From contig CAYVAH010000001.1 of the NCBI GenBank assembly GCA_964449215.1, forward strand, positions 32,865-96,864: DNA of 64,000 nucleotides, read 5' to 3'. This stretch comes from Candidatus Undinarchaeota archaeon (GTDB lineage Archaea > SpSt-1190). The position numbers and the translations under genes are program-made. The notes below the pieces were generated by a model. The model was not told the origin of the DNA, did not search any database, and saw only the letters and a list, made by a program, of their open reading frames with translations. Position 1 is the stretch's first letter. Each line of letters begins with the position of its first letter. Shown one piece after another: positions 37,437-46,356 of the stretch.

Positions 37437-37517
37437 GCCGGGATGGCCGAATGGTAAGGCGCTAGCCTGGAGAGCTAGTTCCCTCTGGGATTAGGGGTTC
37501 GAATCCCCTTCCCGGCG
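37437..37517 (+). tRNA. tRNA-Ser (anticodon GGA), type II with long variable arm
   Basis: Acceptor GCCGGGA/TCCCGGC, anticodon stem CTAGC/GCTAG with loop CT-GGA-GA, 14-nt variable arm TTCCCTCTGGGATT, T-arm AGGGG-TTCGAAT-CCCCT, discriminator G. Confidence 0.8.
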
Positions 37518-37518
37518 T

Positions 37519-37854
37519 ATGCGTGTGTTCTGCCCCTCCAAGGCGAAGGAACCATATCGGAAGGTTATTGAGGAACTTTCAAGGAGGGCGAGGGTTGAAG
37601 TGATATTCTCCAAAAGACTTCCCGATGATGGAGTGGTCCTGGACGAGAAGGGGGAACCACTGACAATGGAATTGCTGGAGAAACTTGTGGAGTCCGGGAA
37701 AGACCTTATAGTTGGCGGACCTGATGGAACCAACGCAAAGGGAAGAAGAATCTCCCTCGGGGACTACACGCTCAATCATCAGATAGCAATAATAGTCCTG
37801 CTGGACCTTCTGTTCCGTGTCAGGTTTCCCAGGCATCCATACAACAGGCACTAG
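37519..37854 (+). CDS. rlmH: RlmH-like SPOUT rRNA (pseudouridine) methyltransferase, short form (111 aa) starting 2 nt after tRNA-Ser
   Basis: C-terminal half aligns to bacterial RlmH: LIVGGPDG...ISLGDYTLNHQIAIIVLLDLLFRVRF...HPYNRH versus LLIGGPEGL...[23 protein letters not shown]...HPYHRE. Lacks the first ~15-40 aa of typical RlmH. Confidence 0.6.
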   Translation: MRVFCPSKAKEPYRKVIEELSRRARVEVIFSKRLPDDGVVLDEKGEPLTMELLEKLVESGKDLIVGGPDGTNAKGRRISLGDYTLNHQIAIIVLLDLLFRVRFPRHPYNRH

Positions 37855-39227
37855 GGCTCGAACTTTATTTTGGGTCCTTCATTCGTGTCCTCTATCCTGA
37901 TTCCTTCCTTGGAAAGCCGCTCGCGGATTGAATCACTCAGGGAAAATTTCCGGTCCCTTCTCAGCCTCTCGCGAAGCTCCGCCAATTCCTCCGCAAGCCT
38001 AAGCTCCCTCGGGGTCCATGACTTCCCCGGAAGGAAAGCAAAAATCTGATCAACCTTCCCAAAAGCTTCATACGCCTTCTCGACAGACTTCCTGTCCGGA
38101 TCGTTCGAAAGCACAAGAGAAGCCATGAAGCTTATATTTGCATATGCCTCGGGGGTTTTGAGGTCATCCTCAAGCGCTTCCACAGCGCGCTCGAACTCTG
38201 TTTCAATTTCCCGGGAGATGTCATCCGCACCATAAAGGCCCCTTTCCTTCCTCTGCAGAATCTCAAACCAGGCCCTGGCAACCTTCCACCACTGCTCCTG
38301 TCCCTTCTTCAGTTTCTCCCAAGTAAAATCGAGCTGGGTGCGGTAATGAGCGCTCAGGAGATAATAGCGGAGAACCTCGGGGGGAAAAGAGTCAAGTATT
38401 TCATCTATGCCTATTATGTTTTTCAGGGACTTGCTCATCTTTTCCTTGGCTATCGTGAGGAAGGCTGTGTGGACCCAGTACCTGACCCAGGGCTTCTTGC
38501 CAAAAGCCGCCTCGCTCTGGGCAATTTCATTTTCGTGGTGTGGAAATATGAGGTCAGAACCACCACCGTGAATGTCAAACTGCTTCCCGAGGTACCGGAC
38601 GCTCATGGCAGAGCATTCTATATGCCAGCCCGGACGGCCATCACCAAAAGGCGCATACCAGTAGGGCTCCCCTCCCTTACGGAACTTCCACAGAGCAAAA
38701 TCCGCCGGGCTCCGCTTTCCAGGGGCCGGTTCAATTCTGGCAACCTTTGGGTCCTCAAGACCCACCCCACTGAGCTTACCGTAGTCGGGAAATTTGCCAA
38801 CATCAAAGTATATCCCGTCATCCAGCTTATAGGCAAACCCGCCATCAAGGAGGGTCTGGACAAGCTCTATAATTTCTGGCATGTGGCCAGTAACTGTTGG
38901 AAAAACCAATGGCTCCTTTATTCTGAGCTTCTCAAGGACCTTGAAGAAATGCCTTGAATAAATGTCAGGAACCATCTGCCAGCTGTCAAACTCCCGCGCC
39001 CGTTTGATTATCTTGTCGTCGATGTCCGTGAGATTTATCACCATCTTCACCTTGTTCCCTTTAAACTCAAGAAACCTGCGGAGGAAGTCAAAGAACACAT
39101 AGGTGCGGGCATGACCAACATGTGTTCTGTCGTAAGGGGTCGGACCACAAACATACATCCTGACCTCCCCTTTTTTCATGGGTTTGAAATCTTCCACCTT
39201 CCTGCTGAGGGTGTTGTATATTTTCAT
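37851..39227 (-). CDS. cysS: Cysteinyl-tRNA synthetase
   Basis: Class I HIGH motif ([11 protein letters not shown]) and KMSKS motif (KMSKSLKN), ~458 aa. Confidence 0.9.
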   Translation of the reverse strand: MKIYNTLSRKVEDFKPMKKGEVRMYVCGPTPYDRTHVGHARTYVFFDFLRRFLEFKGNKVKMVINLTDIDDKIIKRAREFDSWQMVPDIYSRHFFKVLEKLRIKEPLVFPTVTGHMPEIIELVQTLLDGGFAYKLDDGIYFDVGKFPDYGKLSGVGLEDPKVARIEPAPGKRSPADFALWKFRKGGEPYWYAPFGDGRPGWHIECSAMSVRYLGKQFDIHGGGSDLIFPHHENEIAQSEAAFGKKPWVRYWVHTAFLTIAKEKMSKSLKNIIGIDEILDSFPPEVLRYYLLSAHYRTQLDFTWEKLKKGQEQWWKVARAWFEILQRKERGLYGADDISREIETEFERAVEALEDDLKTPEAYANISFMASLVLSNDPDRKSVEKAYEAFGKVDQIFAFLPGKSWTPRELRLAEELAELRERLRRDRKFSLSDSIRERLSKEGIRIEDTNEGPKIKFEP

Positions 39228-39526
39228 CTTACCACCTTGACCTTGATTGATGAAAGCAGTTCAGAAAGAGCCCCGCTCTCCGGTTCCCTGGTAGCCAGAA
39301 CATCCTTTCCGAAGTAGTCCGCCAGAATCATGGTGACCACAAGCTCCGGGGACACCTCACCGCCATCGTTCACCACAAGGATTGCATCGGAATCAATAAC
39401 AGCCTTCAGATATTTTTTGATTCCTCCAGAAACCCTGCTGACCAAGTGCCCCTTCTCCCGGAGATTGTTGGCTATTTTTATGGAAGTCTCCCGGGACTCC
39501 GGGCCGGAACACACGGCAATCATCAC
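39224..39526 (-). CDS. Hypothetical protein (100 aa), ATGA-coupled to cysS
   Basis: ORF in the operon. Pattern (MMIAVCSG...ILVVNDGG) may be Rossmann-like. No family recognised. Confidence 0.4.
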   Translation of the reverse strand: MMIAVCSGPESRETSIKIANNLREKGHLVSRVSGGIKKYLKAVIDSDAILVVNDGGEVSPELVVTMILADYFGKDVLATREPESGALSELLSSIKVKVVR

Positions 39527-39559
39527 CGAATGCCCTGTCGGGAAGGTATAAAAAACTAA

Positions 39560-40954
39560 TCAAGCACGCCATACCACCGTTTTCAGCGTGGTCATTTCCT
39601 CCATCGTCTTTAACAATCCTTCCCTTCCCATCCCGGCACCGGGAGCCTCACCATACGGGAACACCCCAAGGCTGTGGAAGGGCGCACCGTTTATGTGAAC
39701 AGAGCCAACATCCAGTTTTTTCACGACCTCAAAAATCTGCTTGGCGCTGCTGCCGAACACAGAAGAGTCGAGGCGGTATGGGAGGGAATTGAAGTGTCCC
39801 ACGAGCCAATTTATGTCCCGGAACTGCATCACAGGTATAACAGGACCGAATGTCTCCTCATTTGCTATCCTCATGTGCTCATTGACCCCGTCAAGCACCA
39901 AGGGGTGGAAAAGATTTCCTTCCACCCTGTATTCCGTCATGGCCCTGGCACCTTTCGAAAGGGCGTCATCAACAAGGGACTTCACATTCTCAACCGCCTT
40001 GGCATTTATTAAGGGACCGACGTCCACTTCCTTGCTCAACGGGTCGCCAACCTTCCACTTCCCCACCTCCTTAACAATCAGCTCCTCAAGAGGTTCCTTG
40101 ACTTCATCATGCACCGCAACTGCCGAGATGGCATCACATCTCTGCCCGGAAAGGGTCAGTGCACCCTTGGCAATTTCCTTGGCAGCAAGCTCAAGGTTCG
40201 CATCAGGAAGGACTATTGCAGGCGCCTTACCGCCGAGCTCGAGCTGGAGCTTCTTTATCCCGGCATTCTCAGCAATCCACTTCCCCGCCCTGTAGCTTCC
40301 CGTAAATGCAACCATCTTCACAAGTTCACTCTTGACAAAAGAACCACCGACAACACTCCCCCGGCCCGTAACAGCATTCAGAACACCGGGAGGAAGAATC
40401 TCCTTGGAAGCAGCGGCGAAGTCCATAAACACCAGAGGGTCATCGCTTGGTGGCTTCGCCACAACGGTGTTCCCCGCGGCTATTGCCGGAGCCACCTTTG
40501 CCACCAGGGTAAAGAAAGGATAATTGAAAGGACCTATGGTGGCTATCACCCCAAGTGGTTCCCTAAAAACTGTGGCAGTAACACCTTTCGTCTCGACGGT
40601 TTCCCCTTTCAGGAAGAACATTTCAGAAGCAGCCACGTTAAGCCTTTCGGCAGCCCCGTGGACCTCAGCGTCACAGTGTTTCAGGGGCTTCCCGCTCTCA
40701 AGGGCCATAAGCTTCGCCAGTCTTGACCTGTTTTTCTTCACCCATTCGGAAAGCTGGAGCAGCATCTCACGGCGATCCTCCGGCTTCGTCCGCTCAAACT
40801 CCAGAAAGGCTGAATGTGAAGAACGGATGGCCCTGTCAAGCTGTTCTGGAGAAGCCGAGAAGACCGCCCCAACAACCTCACCGTCGTAAGGATTGAAAAC
40901 ATCCATCCGCTCCCCGCGTTCTTCCCTTCCATCAATAACCATGGGTTTTTCCAT
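39560..40954 (-). CDS. NAD(P)-dependent aldehyde dehydrogenase family protein
   Basis: ALDH signatures: FTGSYRAGKWIAENAG (cofactor-binding region), ELGGKAP (catalytic Glu motif), GQRCDAISAV (catalytic Cys). Confidence 0.85.
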   Translation of the reverse strand: MEKPMVIDGREERGERMDVFNPYDGEVVGAVFSASPEQLDRAIRSSHSAFLEFERTKPEDRREMLLQLSEWVKKNRSRLAKLMALESGKPLKHCDAEVHGAAERLNVAASEMFFLKGETVETKGVTATVFREPLGVIATIGPFNYPFFTLVAKVAPAIAAGNTVVAKPPSDDPLVFMDFAAASKEILPPGVLNAVTGRGSVVGGSFVKSELVKMVAFTGSYRAGKWIAENAGIKKLQLELGGKAPAIVLPDANLELAAKEIAKGALTLSGQRCDAISAVAVHDEVKEPLEELIVKEVGKWKVGDPLSKEVDVGPLINAKAVENVKSLVDDALSKGARAMTEYRVEGNLFHPLVLDGVNEHMRIANEETFGPVIPVMQFRDINWLVGHFNSLPYRLDSSVFGSSAKQIFEVVKKLDVGSVHINGAPFHSLGVFPYGEAPGAGMGREGLLKTMEEMTTLKTVVWRA

Positions 40955-41002
40955 GAAAAACCAAAGAGCACAGAAATTTAAGAGAGATTAAGGACTCTGG
41001 AG

Positions 41003-41737
41003 TTACATCCCTGTCGGGAAATCTATGAATCTCACAGGGATATTGAACAGTCCTGCAAGCTTCTTCCCGAGCGCCTTCACACCGAAACTTTCGGTGAAGT
41101 AGTGCCCCATGGCAACAACATTTATTCCCCTTTCTCTCGCGTAGTGATAACCATAGTGCGAGAATTCCCCCGTTATGAAAGTCGAACCGGGACGGAGGGA
41201 ATGAATCTCAGAGGTTCCTGCCCCCGCACACACATAAATTTCATTCACATCCTCGGGACCGAAACCCAGAACCAGCAATGGATCAGAAAGACGTGTGAGT
41301 TTTTTCAGAAGCATGTCAAAGCTCCCGTCGAATCTCGCTCTCCACACCAGGCCAGGAGCAGGTTCGGGTTTGAGGGAGAGGGCACTTATCAGCTGGACAT
41401 TGTTACCGACCTCCGGATGAGCATCGAGCGGGAGATGGCAGGCATAAAGGCTCATTTTCTTTTTCAGCAGGGTTTTCACCCTGGAAAGCATCTCCATCTT
41501 TATGGCGGGCGAAACGCCCCTCCAGTAAAGCCCATGATGAACAATGAGCAGGTCCGCCTCAGCTTCCCGGAACACCGGGTTACAGGCATCAACAGCCACC
41601 GCCACACTGCCAACCTCGTCCCCGGACTCCACCTGAAGACCGTTCAGGGCCTGATCCTCAGGGAATTTACCTATATCAAGGTAATCGTTGAGCCATCCAA
41701 CAATCCTATGGAGACCCGGCATGTCCGGCCAATCCAC
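41003..41737 (-). CDS. Nif3-family dinuclear metal-centre protein (YqfO/GTP cyclohydrolase 1 type 2-like)
   Basis: Length ~244 aa. N-terminal LNGLQVESGDEVGSVAVAVDA...ADLLIVHHGLYW and C-terminal metal-ligand His/Glu pattern are typical of Nif3. Confidence 0.7.
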   Translation of the reverse strand: MDWPDMPGLHRIVGWLNDYLDIGKFPEDQALNGLQVESGDEVGSVAVAVDACNPVFREAEADLLIVHHGLYWRGVSPAIKMEMLSRVKTLLKKKMSLYACHLPLDAHPEVGNNVQLISALSLKPEPAPGLVWRARFDGSFDMLLKKLTRLSDPLLVLGFGPEDVNEIYVCAGAGTSEIHSLRPGSTFITGEFSHYGYHYARERGINVVAMGHYFTESFGVKALGKKLAGLFNIPVRFIDFPTGM

Positions 41738-41751
41738 AGGTGGTTAAAACA

Positions 41752-42042
41752 CTATCCAAAAAGCATCCCGACGCCGGTGGCCGCGGCATCATCAAGCTCC
41801 CTGACCCTCCTCAGTATCTCTTCCCTGTTCTTGGCCTCCTCAAGTCCCTTAAGGAGCTCGAGGGAGAAAACCCGATCGTCCCCCCGGACCACCAGCACAA
41901 CAGACCCACCGCCAAGCCCCAGAACTCCGGGGTCAAACTTCCTGGCCTCACCGAACCTTTTAACATCCGGATTCTCTAAAATTTCATCCGCCACATCTTT
42001 CCCAACCATATAAACCCTGGTTTCCACAAACACACTTCCCAC
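41752..42042 (-). CDS. Hypothetical protein (96 aa)
   Basis: ORF between nth and the Nif3 gene on the same strand. No family recognised. Confidence 0.35.
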   Translation of the reverse strand: MGSVFVETRVYMVGKDVADEILENPDVKRFGEARKFDPGVLGLGGGSVVLVVRGDDRVFSLELLKGLEEAKNREEILRRVRELDDAAATGVGMLFG

Positions 42043-42057
42043 CCGAAATAATAAGCT

Positions 42058-42705
42058 TTACCTGTGTTTTTTCACACCCACCTTGGGGCATTGCTCCTCC
42101 AAAGGGCAGGAGCTACAAAAGGGGCTTGTCGGTCTGCAAACCTCCCTCCCGAAGGGAACCAGGAGGGCGTTTATCCTGTGCCACAACCGCCGGGGAACCG
42201 CTGCACGGAGAGCAACCTCCGTCTCGTTGGGCTTCTTCGTCCGGACCAAACCCCACCGGTTGCATATCCTGTGAACGTGGGTGTCAACACAGACCCCTGG
42301 CTTCCCAAAAGCAACAATCAGCACAAGGTTCGCTGTCTTCCGCCCTACCCCGGGGAGGGACACCAGCTCCCCAAGGGTGTCCGGGACCCTACCGCCATAC
42401 TGCTGGAGTAAAACTTCAGCCAATCTCTTCAGAGACCTCGCCTTTGTCCTGTAAAACCCCGCGGGATAAAGAAGGCGCTCCAGCTCGGAGAGGGGAATAC
42501 CTGCAAGGTCATTTGCATTTCGCACCCTGGAAAGGAGCCTCTCAGAAACCTCCTTTGTAGTCTCATCCTTGGTCCTGGCAGACACCACGGTGGAAACCAG
42601 CACCCTGAATGGATCGCGGAGGCCCGAGACGTATGGATGCACATGGATTGCCTTCTCCACAGCATCAAGCGTCCTCTCAAGGGTCTCCGGCGCAATCACA
42701 ACCAA
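42058..42705 (-). CDS. nth: Endonuclease III (DNA glycosylase/AP lyase, HhH-GPD with [4Fe-4S] cluster)
   Basis: HhH-GPD motif LPGVGRKTANLVL plus C-terminal C-x6-C-x2-C-x5-C (CRPTSPFCSSCPLEEQC). Confidence 0.9.
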   Translation of the reverse strand: MVVIAPETLERTLDAVEKAIHVHPYVSGLRDPFRVLVSTVVSARTKDETTKEVSERLLSRVRNANDLAGIPLSELERLLYPAGFYRTKARSLKRLAEVLLQQYGGRVPDTLGELVSLPGVGRKTANLVLIVAFGKPGVCVDTHVHRICNRWGLVRTKKPNETEVALRAAVPRRLWHRINALLVPFGREVCRPTSPFCSSCPLEEQCPKVGVKKHR

Positions 42706-42740
42706 AATAAAAGGCGATGATTATATTGTTTCTATTCCCG

Positions 42741-42815
42741 GGGGACCGTAGTGAAGCTTGGTTATCATGCCAGCCTTGGGAGCTGGTGGTCCGGGGTTCG
42801 AATCCCCGCGGTCCC
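42741..42815 (+). tRNA. tRNA-Pro (anticodon TGG)
   Basis: Acceptor GGGACCG/CGGTCCC, anticodon stem CCAGC/GCTGG with loop CT-TGG-GA, T-arm CGGGG-TTCGAAT-CCCCG, discriminator A. AT-rich TTATATT box ~20 nt upstream. Confidence 0.8.
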
Positions 42816-42947
42816 AAACAACATATATCGCACCACCTCCGTCAACGGCTTCGAGGTGAGCCCGCACGAGCGGAGCGAGTAAGGGCGACAACGAGAAGCG
42901 GTTGATTGAAAACGCAAATTATATAACGGAAGAGTAGTTAACTGGGC

Positions 42948-43427
42948 ATGAAAAGTCTGGCTGAAAAAAGGTACCTGAAATTGGGGGACTTTGGAGTAAA
43001 AAACCCAGAAAAAGACGCGAGGCAAATAATAGCCGAATGCCAAAAAGCGGGTATCAAACCCGGAAGGATCTTGAAAGACGCCGCAAAGTATTGCAAGAAC
43101 CTGTCAAAATATGCACTCAATGGAAATGAACTCGCCAACTGGTTTTCCAGATATGCGGGGGATATCGTTGGAAGTTTGAAGAATGAAAAAACAATCAGAG
43201 AGTTCTTCAAGGAATTGTATGAACAAACAGAGGCTCTATCATACAAATCAAGGGGTATGGCACTAAATCAAATTCTGTATGCACCATTAGTAATAAGGAT
43301 GTATGCAGAGAAAGGAAAGAACCCACTGCAGGAATTCAATGAAAGGCACCGGAAATTGTGGGAGACCACAAATCATAAACCTGTGTTGCATGGATATTCG
43401 TGGGGGCCCGCCGGGATGAGAGGATGA
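42948..43427 (+). CDS. Hypothetical lysine-rich protein (159 aa), visibly lower GC than neighbours, immediately downstream of tRNA-Pro
   Basis: Clean ORF with ATG start and no TM. AT-rich codon usage differs from flanking genes by eye. Confidence 0.45.
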   Translation: MKSLAEKRYLKLGDFGVKNPEKDARQIIAECQKAGIKPGRILKDAAKYCKNLSKYALNGNELANWFSRYAGDIVGSLKNEKTIREFFKELYEQTEALSYKSRGMALNQILYAPLVIRMYAEKGKNPLQEFNERHRKLWETTNHKPVLHGYSWGPAGMRG

Positions 43428-43482
43428 ACTTATCAGTTACAGAATCATCCAACAGGGAGCCCCGACACTCGTGTTTGAGTGA

Positions 43483-44001
43483 CTATACGGGAACACATTG
43501 AGTTTCCTGGCAGGTGTTAACCAGGTGGTCAACGGAGTGCTCGTTTCCCAGGAAGAACCCGCTGGGTAGCTTGCAGAACAAATAGCTTCCATCAACCAAA
43601 TAAGGGGTTCCTCCCCTGGACTGACAGAGCTGTTGCTCGAACTCCCTACCCATAAAATAACCATCAACATCCTGCGACTCAGTCGGGAATCCCTCCAGCC
43701 CGATAAAATTCCCGCCGGCTATGGCAAACATCATGGGGACCCCGAAGTCCCACTTAACCCCGTACCGGTCCAGCACCTCTTTGAACGCAGCACCATTGGT
43801 CGTCTTTACCAGCTTTACTCCTTCATGCCGGGACTCAAGGTAGTTCATCAGGGTGTGACAGTGGGGACATGCCTCAGAATAAATGAGGTATATCACACTA
43901 TCATTTCCAGTCACGTTAAATGACTGCCCCATGGATTTCCTGCTGAAAGACAGGGCTCCCAGCACGAGAAATATCAGCAGGGCAAGCTTCCATTTCTCCA
44001 T
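43483..44001 (-). CDS. Secreted thioredoxin-fold thiol-disulfide oxidoreductase with DsbA-type CPHC active site
   Basis: N-terminal signal peptide MEKWKLALLIFLVLGALSF. CxxC motif is EACPHCHTL. Cys-rich C-terminal extension. Confidence 0.6.
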   Translation of the reverse strand: MEKWKLALLIFLVLGALSFSRKSMGQSFNVTGNDSVIYLIYSEACPHCHTLMNYLESRHEGVKLVKTTNGAAFKEVLDRYGVKWDFGVPMMFAIAGGNFIGLEGFPTESQDVDGYFMGREFEQQLCQSRGGTPYLVDGSYLFCKLPSGFFLGNEHSVDHLVNTCQETQCVPV

Positions 44002-44004
44002 CTC

Positions 44005-44658
44005 TCACACCATAAACAGCACGGCTATAAGCAGAATCCCCGCAATAAGGTGAAGTTCCTTGATATATTTCTCTTTCAACTTCATTATTCTTTGTGGACT
44101 TGTTCCAAAAGCAACCAAGACTGTAAGCACCACCATCGGCAGGGTAAAGAGAATGTTATAGTATATTAGAAAAGGAAGCATCACAAAAAAGGGGTACTTG
44201 GCCAGGATCCCCAGCGCAAGGACATACGGCCCAGAAGAGCATGGGAGCAGAAGAATTGAGCAGAGTGCAGCCACCGGAATGGCCATCAGCGGACTTTCCA
44301 CGGACTGAACCACCTTCTTTGCCAGGGGCCGGAAAGACATGGGCATTTCCATGGATGCAAACCCTGGCTTGTAGGAGAGATATGCATTGAACTCGACAAG
44401 GGCCATCACAATTAGAAGGACCTTCAAGACAAGTTGAATCTCCCTTTGAATCCCAAAGGCATACACCACCTGGAGAAGACCTGCACCATACAGGGCATAC
44501 ATCACGAACACCGTAACTGTGAAAAGCATGCCGCCCAAGAGGACATCTCTGCAACCTTTCCTGATGACCAAAGCTGAGAGCAAAAGAGCCATGACTGAAA
44601 TCGTGCACGGATTGAAGGCATCAACCAGGGCAAGTGAAGTTATCTGAGCCAGCACCAT
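44005..44658 (-). CDS. ccdA: CcdA/DsbD-family transmembrane thiol-disulfide electron transporter
   Basis: Six predicted TM segments. Conserved Cys in TM1 (DAFNPCTISV) and TM4 (LLLPCSSGPY) are typical of DsbD_2/CcdA. Adjacent to the thioredoxin-like gene. Confidence 0.7.
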   Translation of the reverse strand: MVLAQITSLALVDAFNPCTISVMALLLSALVIRKGCRDVLLGGMLFTVTVFVMYALYGAGLLQVVYAFGIQREIQLVLKVLLIVMALVEFNAYLSYKPGFASMEMPMSFRPLAKKVVQSVESPLMAIPVAALCSILLLPCSSGPYVLALGILAKYPFFVMLPFLIYYNILFTLPMVVLTVLVAFGTSPQRIMKLKEKYIKELHLIAGILLIAVLFMV

Positions 44659-44695
44659 ATAAACAACAAATTGAAACCATATATATCAATTGGTT

Positions 44696-45244
44696 TCAAT
44701 CCTTGGAACCTTCTATCAAAACAGGCTTCCGGGGAAATGAAACCCAGTTGCTTTCGGGATCAAAGAATCTGAGTGGTTCTGGAAGGTCCGCAGTGACACC
44801 AATACGGAAACTCCTCGCCAGCTTCCGTGGGGAATCGCCGGGTTCAACCCATACCCCTGTCGATTCGCAGAGAGGCAAACCATTCAAAGAGCGGTCAATC
44901 CCAAGTGCCACTGTCAATCTTCCGGGCCCGCGAGTATCAGCTTCAAAATTGAGAGGCTCAACGGCACGGATGAGAACTGCAGAGACCGGGCGGGTGGTGA
45001 AGTTCAACATCCAGTATCTGTGAACATTGTAAACAAAGAGATGCCCGGCTCCATCAAACATCGGAGCATTATACCTCTTTTTCCCGTGACGGGCCCTACT
45101 CGCCGGGTCATCACCAGAGTAATATGCCTCAGTTTCTACAATTTTCCCCCTGTATTCTTTGCCTTCAAGCCTGCGGACCAGAGTCATACCAAGAAGTTCC
45201 CTGGCAACTATCTTCGGATCCCTGTGAAAAAACTGAGCTTCCAC
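44696..45244 (-). CDS. mpg: DNA-3-methyladenine glycosylase (Mpg/AAG family), GTG start
   Basis: GKIVETEAYYSGDDPASRARHGKKRYNAPMFDGAGHLFVYNVHRYWMLNF aligns with the AAG core (IVETEAY...PGTLYVY...YGM..C.N). Confidence 0.8.
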   Translation of the reverse strand: MEAQFFHRDPKIVARELLGMTLVRRLEGKEYRGKIVETEAYYSGDDPASRARHGKKRYNAPMFDGAGHLFVYNVHRYWMLNFTTRPVSAVLIRAVEPLNFEADTRGPGRLTVALGIDRSLNGLPLCESTGVWVEPGDSPRKLARSFRIGVTADLPEPLRFFDPESNWVSFPRKPVLIEGSKD

Positions 45245-45266
45245 GTGAACTCAAAAGGAAAGCAGA

Positions 45267-46346
45267 TTATAAAGCTTGAAGTATCAGCAGGAACCACGTA
45301 ACTGAAGTAAATGTTATCATGGCGTGGGGGAGATAACCAAGTTTTCTCGCCCTGAGTGCGGCGAGCGAAACTATGAAGGCAAATACAGTAACTCCAAACC
45401 CGGCAGAGGCAACAACAAGATGAAATGGGGCATTTATGAAGAATGCTATGAAGTAAAGAAAGAAAACACCCAAGAGAGTGGCAGTAACTCCCCTCTTCCT
45501 GTCAGCAAATTTGCCAACCAGATGGAGCCCAATCAGGATAAATGACGTGTAGAAGATTACCACGGAGAAAAGGTCTATTATGGAAGAAAGCGGTTCTGAA
45601 AAGACCCCGGCAAGGTAACGGGTGGCGAGGCCGTCCACACCAGTCCCAGAAACTGCAACCGCGAACGGAAGATAGAGCAGAAGGATTATAGACATTGTCA
45701 TATAAAACGCCTTTTTCGTTGACTCCTTGCTGCGAAGAATGTTCCTGACCCTTGGAATCATATTGTGACCGAAAAACGCCAGGGCGGACACGAGGAACAG
45801 GGGAACCATCGAGTCAAAACCGACTAGGGGGGAGGAAACCGTGGAAGCGGGAGGGGTGGTTGCAGTCGTCCTCAAAAATATCTGCACAGGCAACTCCATT
45901 CTCGGGATGGTTATGAGAGTCAGGAGGGAAACAAAGAAAAGCGTGAAAAACGAAAGGAAGCTTGTGAACTCGGCGGGGAAATGAAGGTCCATCACCAGAG
46001 GAACCAGAAGTATTGACATCACAAGAAGGTGGGAAACACCAAGGTGAATCTTCAGTCCAAGGGCGTATGACACAAGGGCCAGAAACACCACTGTCAGCTC
46101 TGACACCACTAGAGCTTTCTTGGCATGGGGGCCAAGATAAGTCTCAACTTCCTCCTCAACAGTCCCGGGGGTCATATCAATTATCAGATAGCCCAGACCA
46201 AGCATATACACGAACCCTGCAAATATCACGAAAACTGAAAGCAGACCGACCTCCTTGGCCAGCACTGGAAGAGCAAAGACCCCTGCCCCAACAATAGCCG
46301 AAATTAAAAGGGATACCGAGGTATCAAATCTATCCACGTAACCCAT
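45267..46346 (-). CDS. Amino-acid permease (APC/Trp-Tyr permease-like), ~11 TM segments
   Basis: N-terminal SAIVGAGVFALP motif typical of APC transporters. Highly hydrophobic throughout. Confidence 0.55.
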   Translation of the reverse strand: MGYVDRFDTSVSLLISAIVGAGVFALPVLAKEVGLLSVFVIFAGFVYMLGLGYLIIDMTPGTVEEEVETYLGPHAKKALVVSELTVVFLALVSYALGLKIHLGVSHLLVMSILLVPLVMDLHFPAEFTSFLSFFTLFFVSLLTLITIPRMELPVQIFLRTTATTPPASTVSSPLVGFDSMVPLFLVSALAFFGHNMIPRVRNILRSKESTKKAFYMTMSIILLLYLPFAVAVSGTGVDGLATRYLAGVFSEPLSSIIDLFSVVIFYTSFILIGLHLVGKFADRKRGVTATLLGVFFLYFIAFFINAPFHLVVASAGFGVTVFAFIVSLAALRARKLGYLPHAMITFTSVTWFLLILQAL

Positions 46347-46356
46347 AAAGCAGGCA

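Noticed and set aside
37377-37517. Reading 37377-37517 as a single tRNA-Ser with a 60-nt non-canonical intron in the D-loop
   Set aside because: The 24-nt duplication is exact, so the downstream copy alone forms a complete cloverleaf. The insert carries a promoter-like motif rather than a bulge-helix-bulge junction, so duplication is the simpler reading.
42816-43480. Integrated element with att direct repeat at tRNA-Pro
   Set aside because: No copy of the tRNA 3' end (GGTTCGAATCCCCGCGGTCCCA or a sub-fragment of at least 12 nt) was seen downstream, and no integrase gene is present. Only the compositional oddity remains and it is reported as low-interest.
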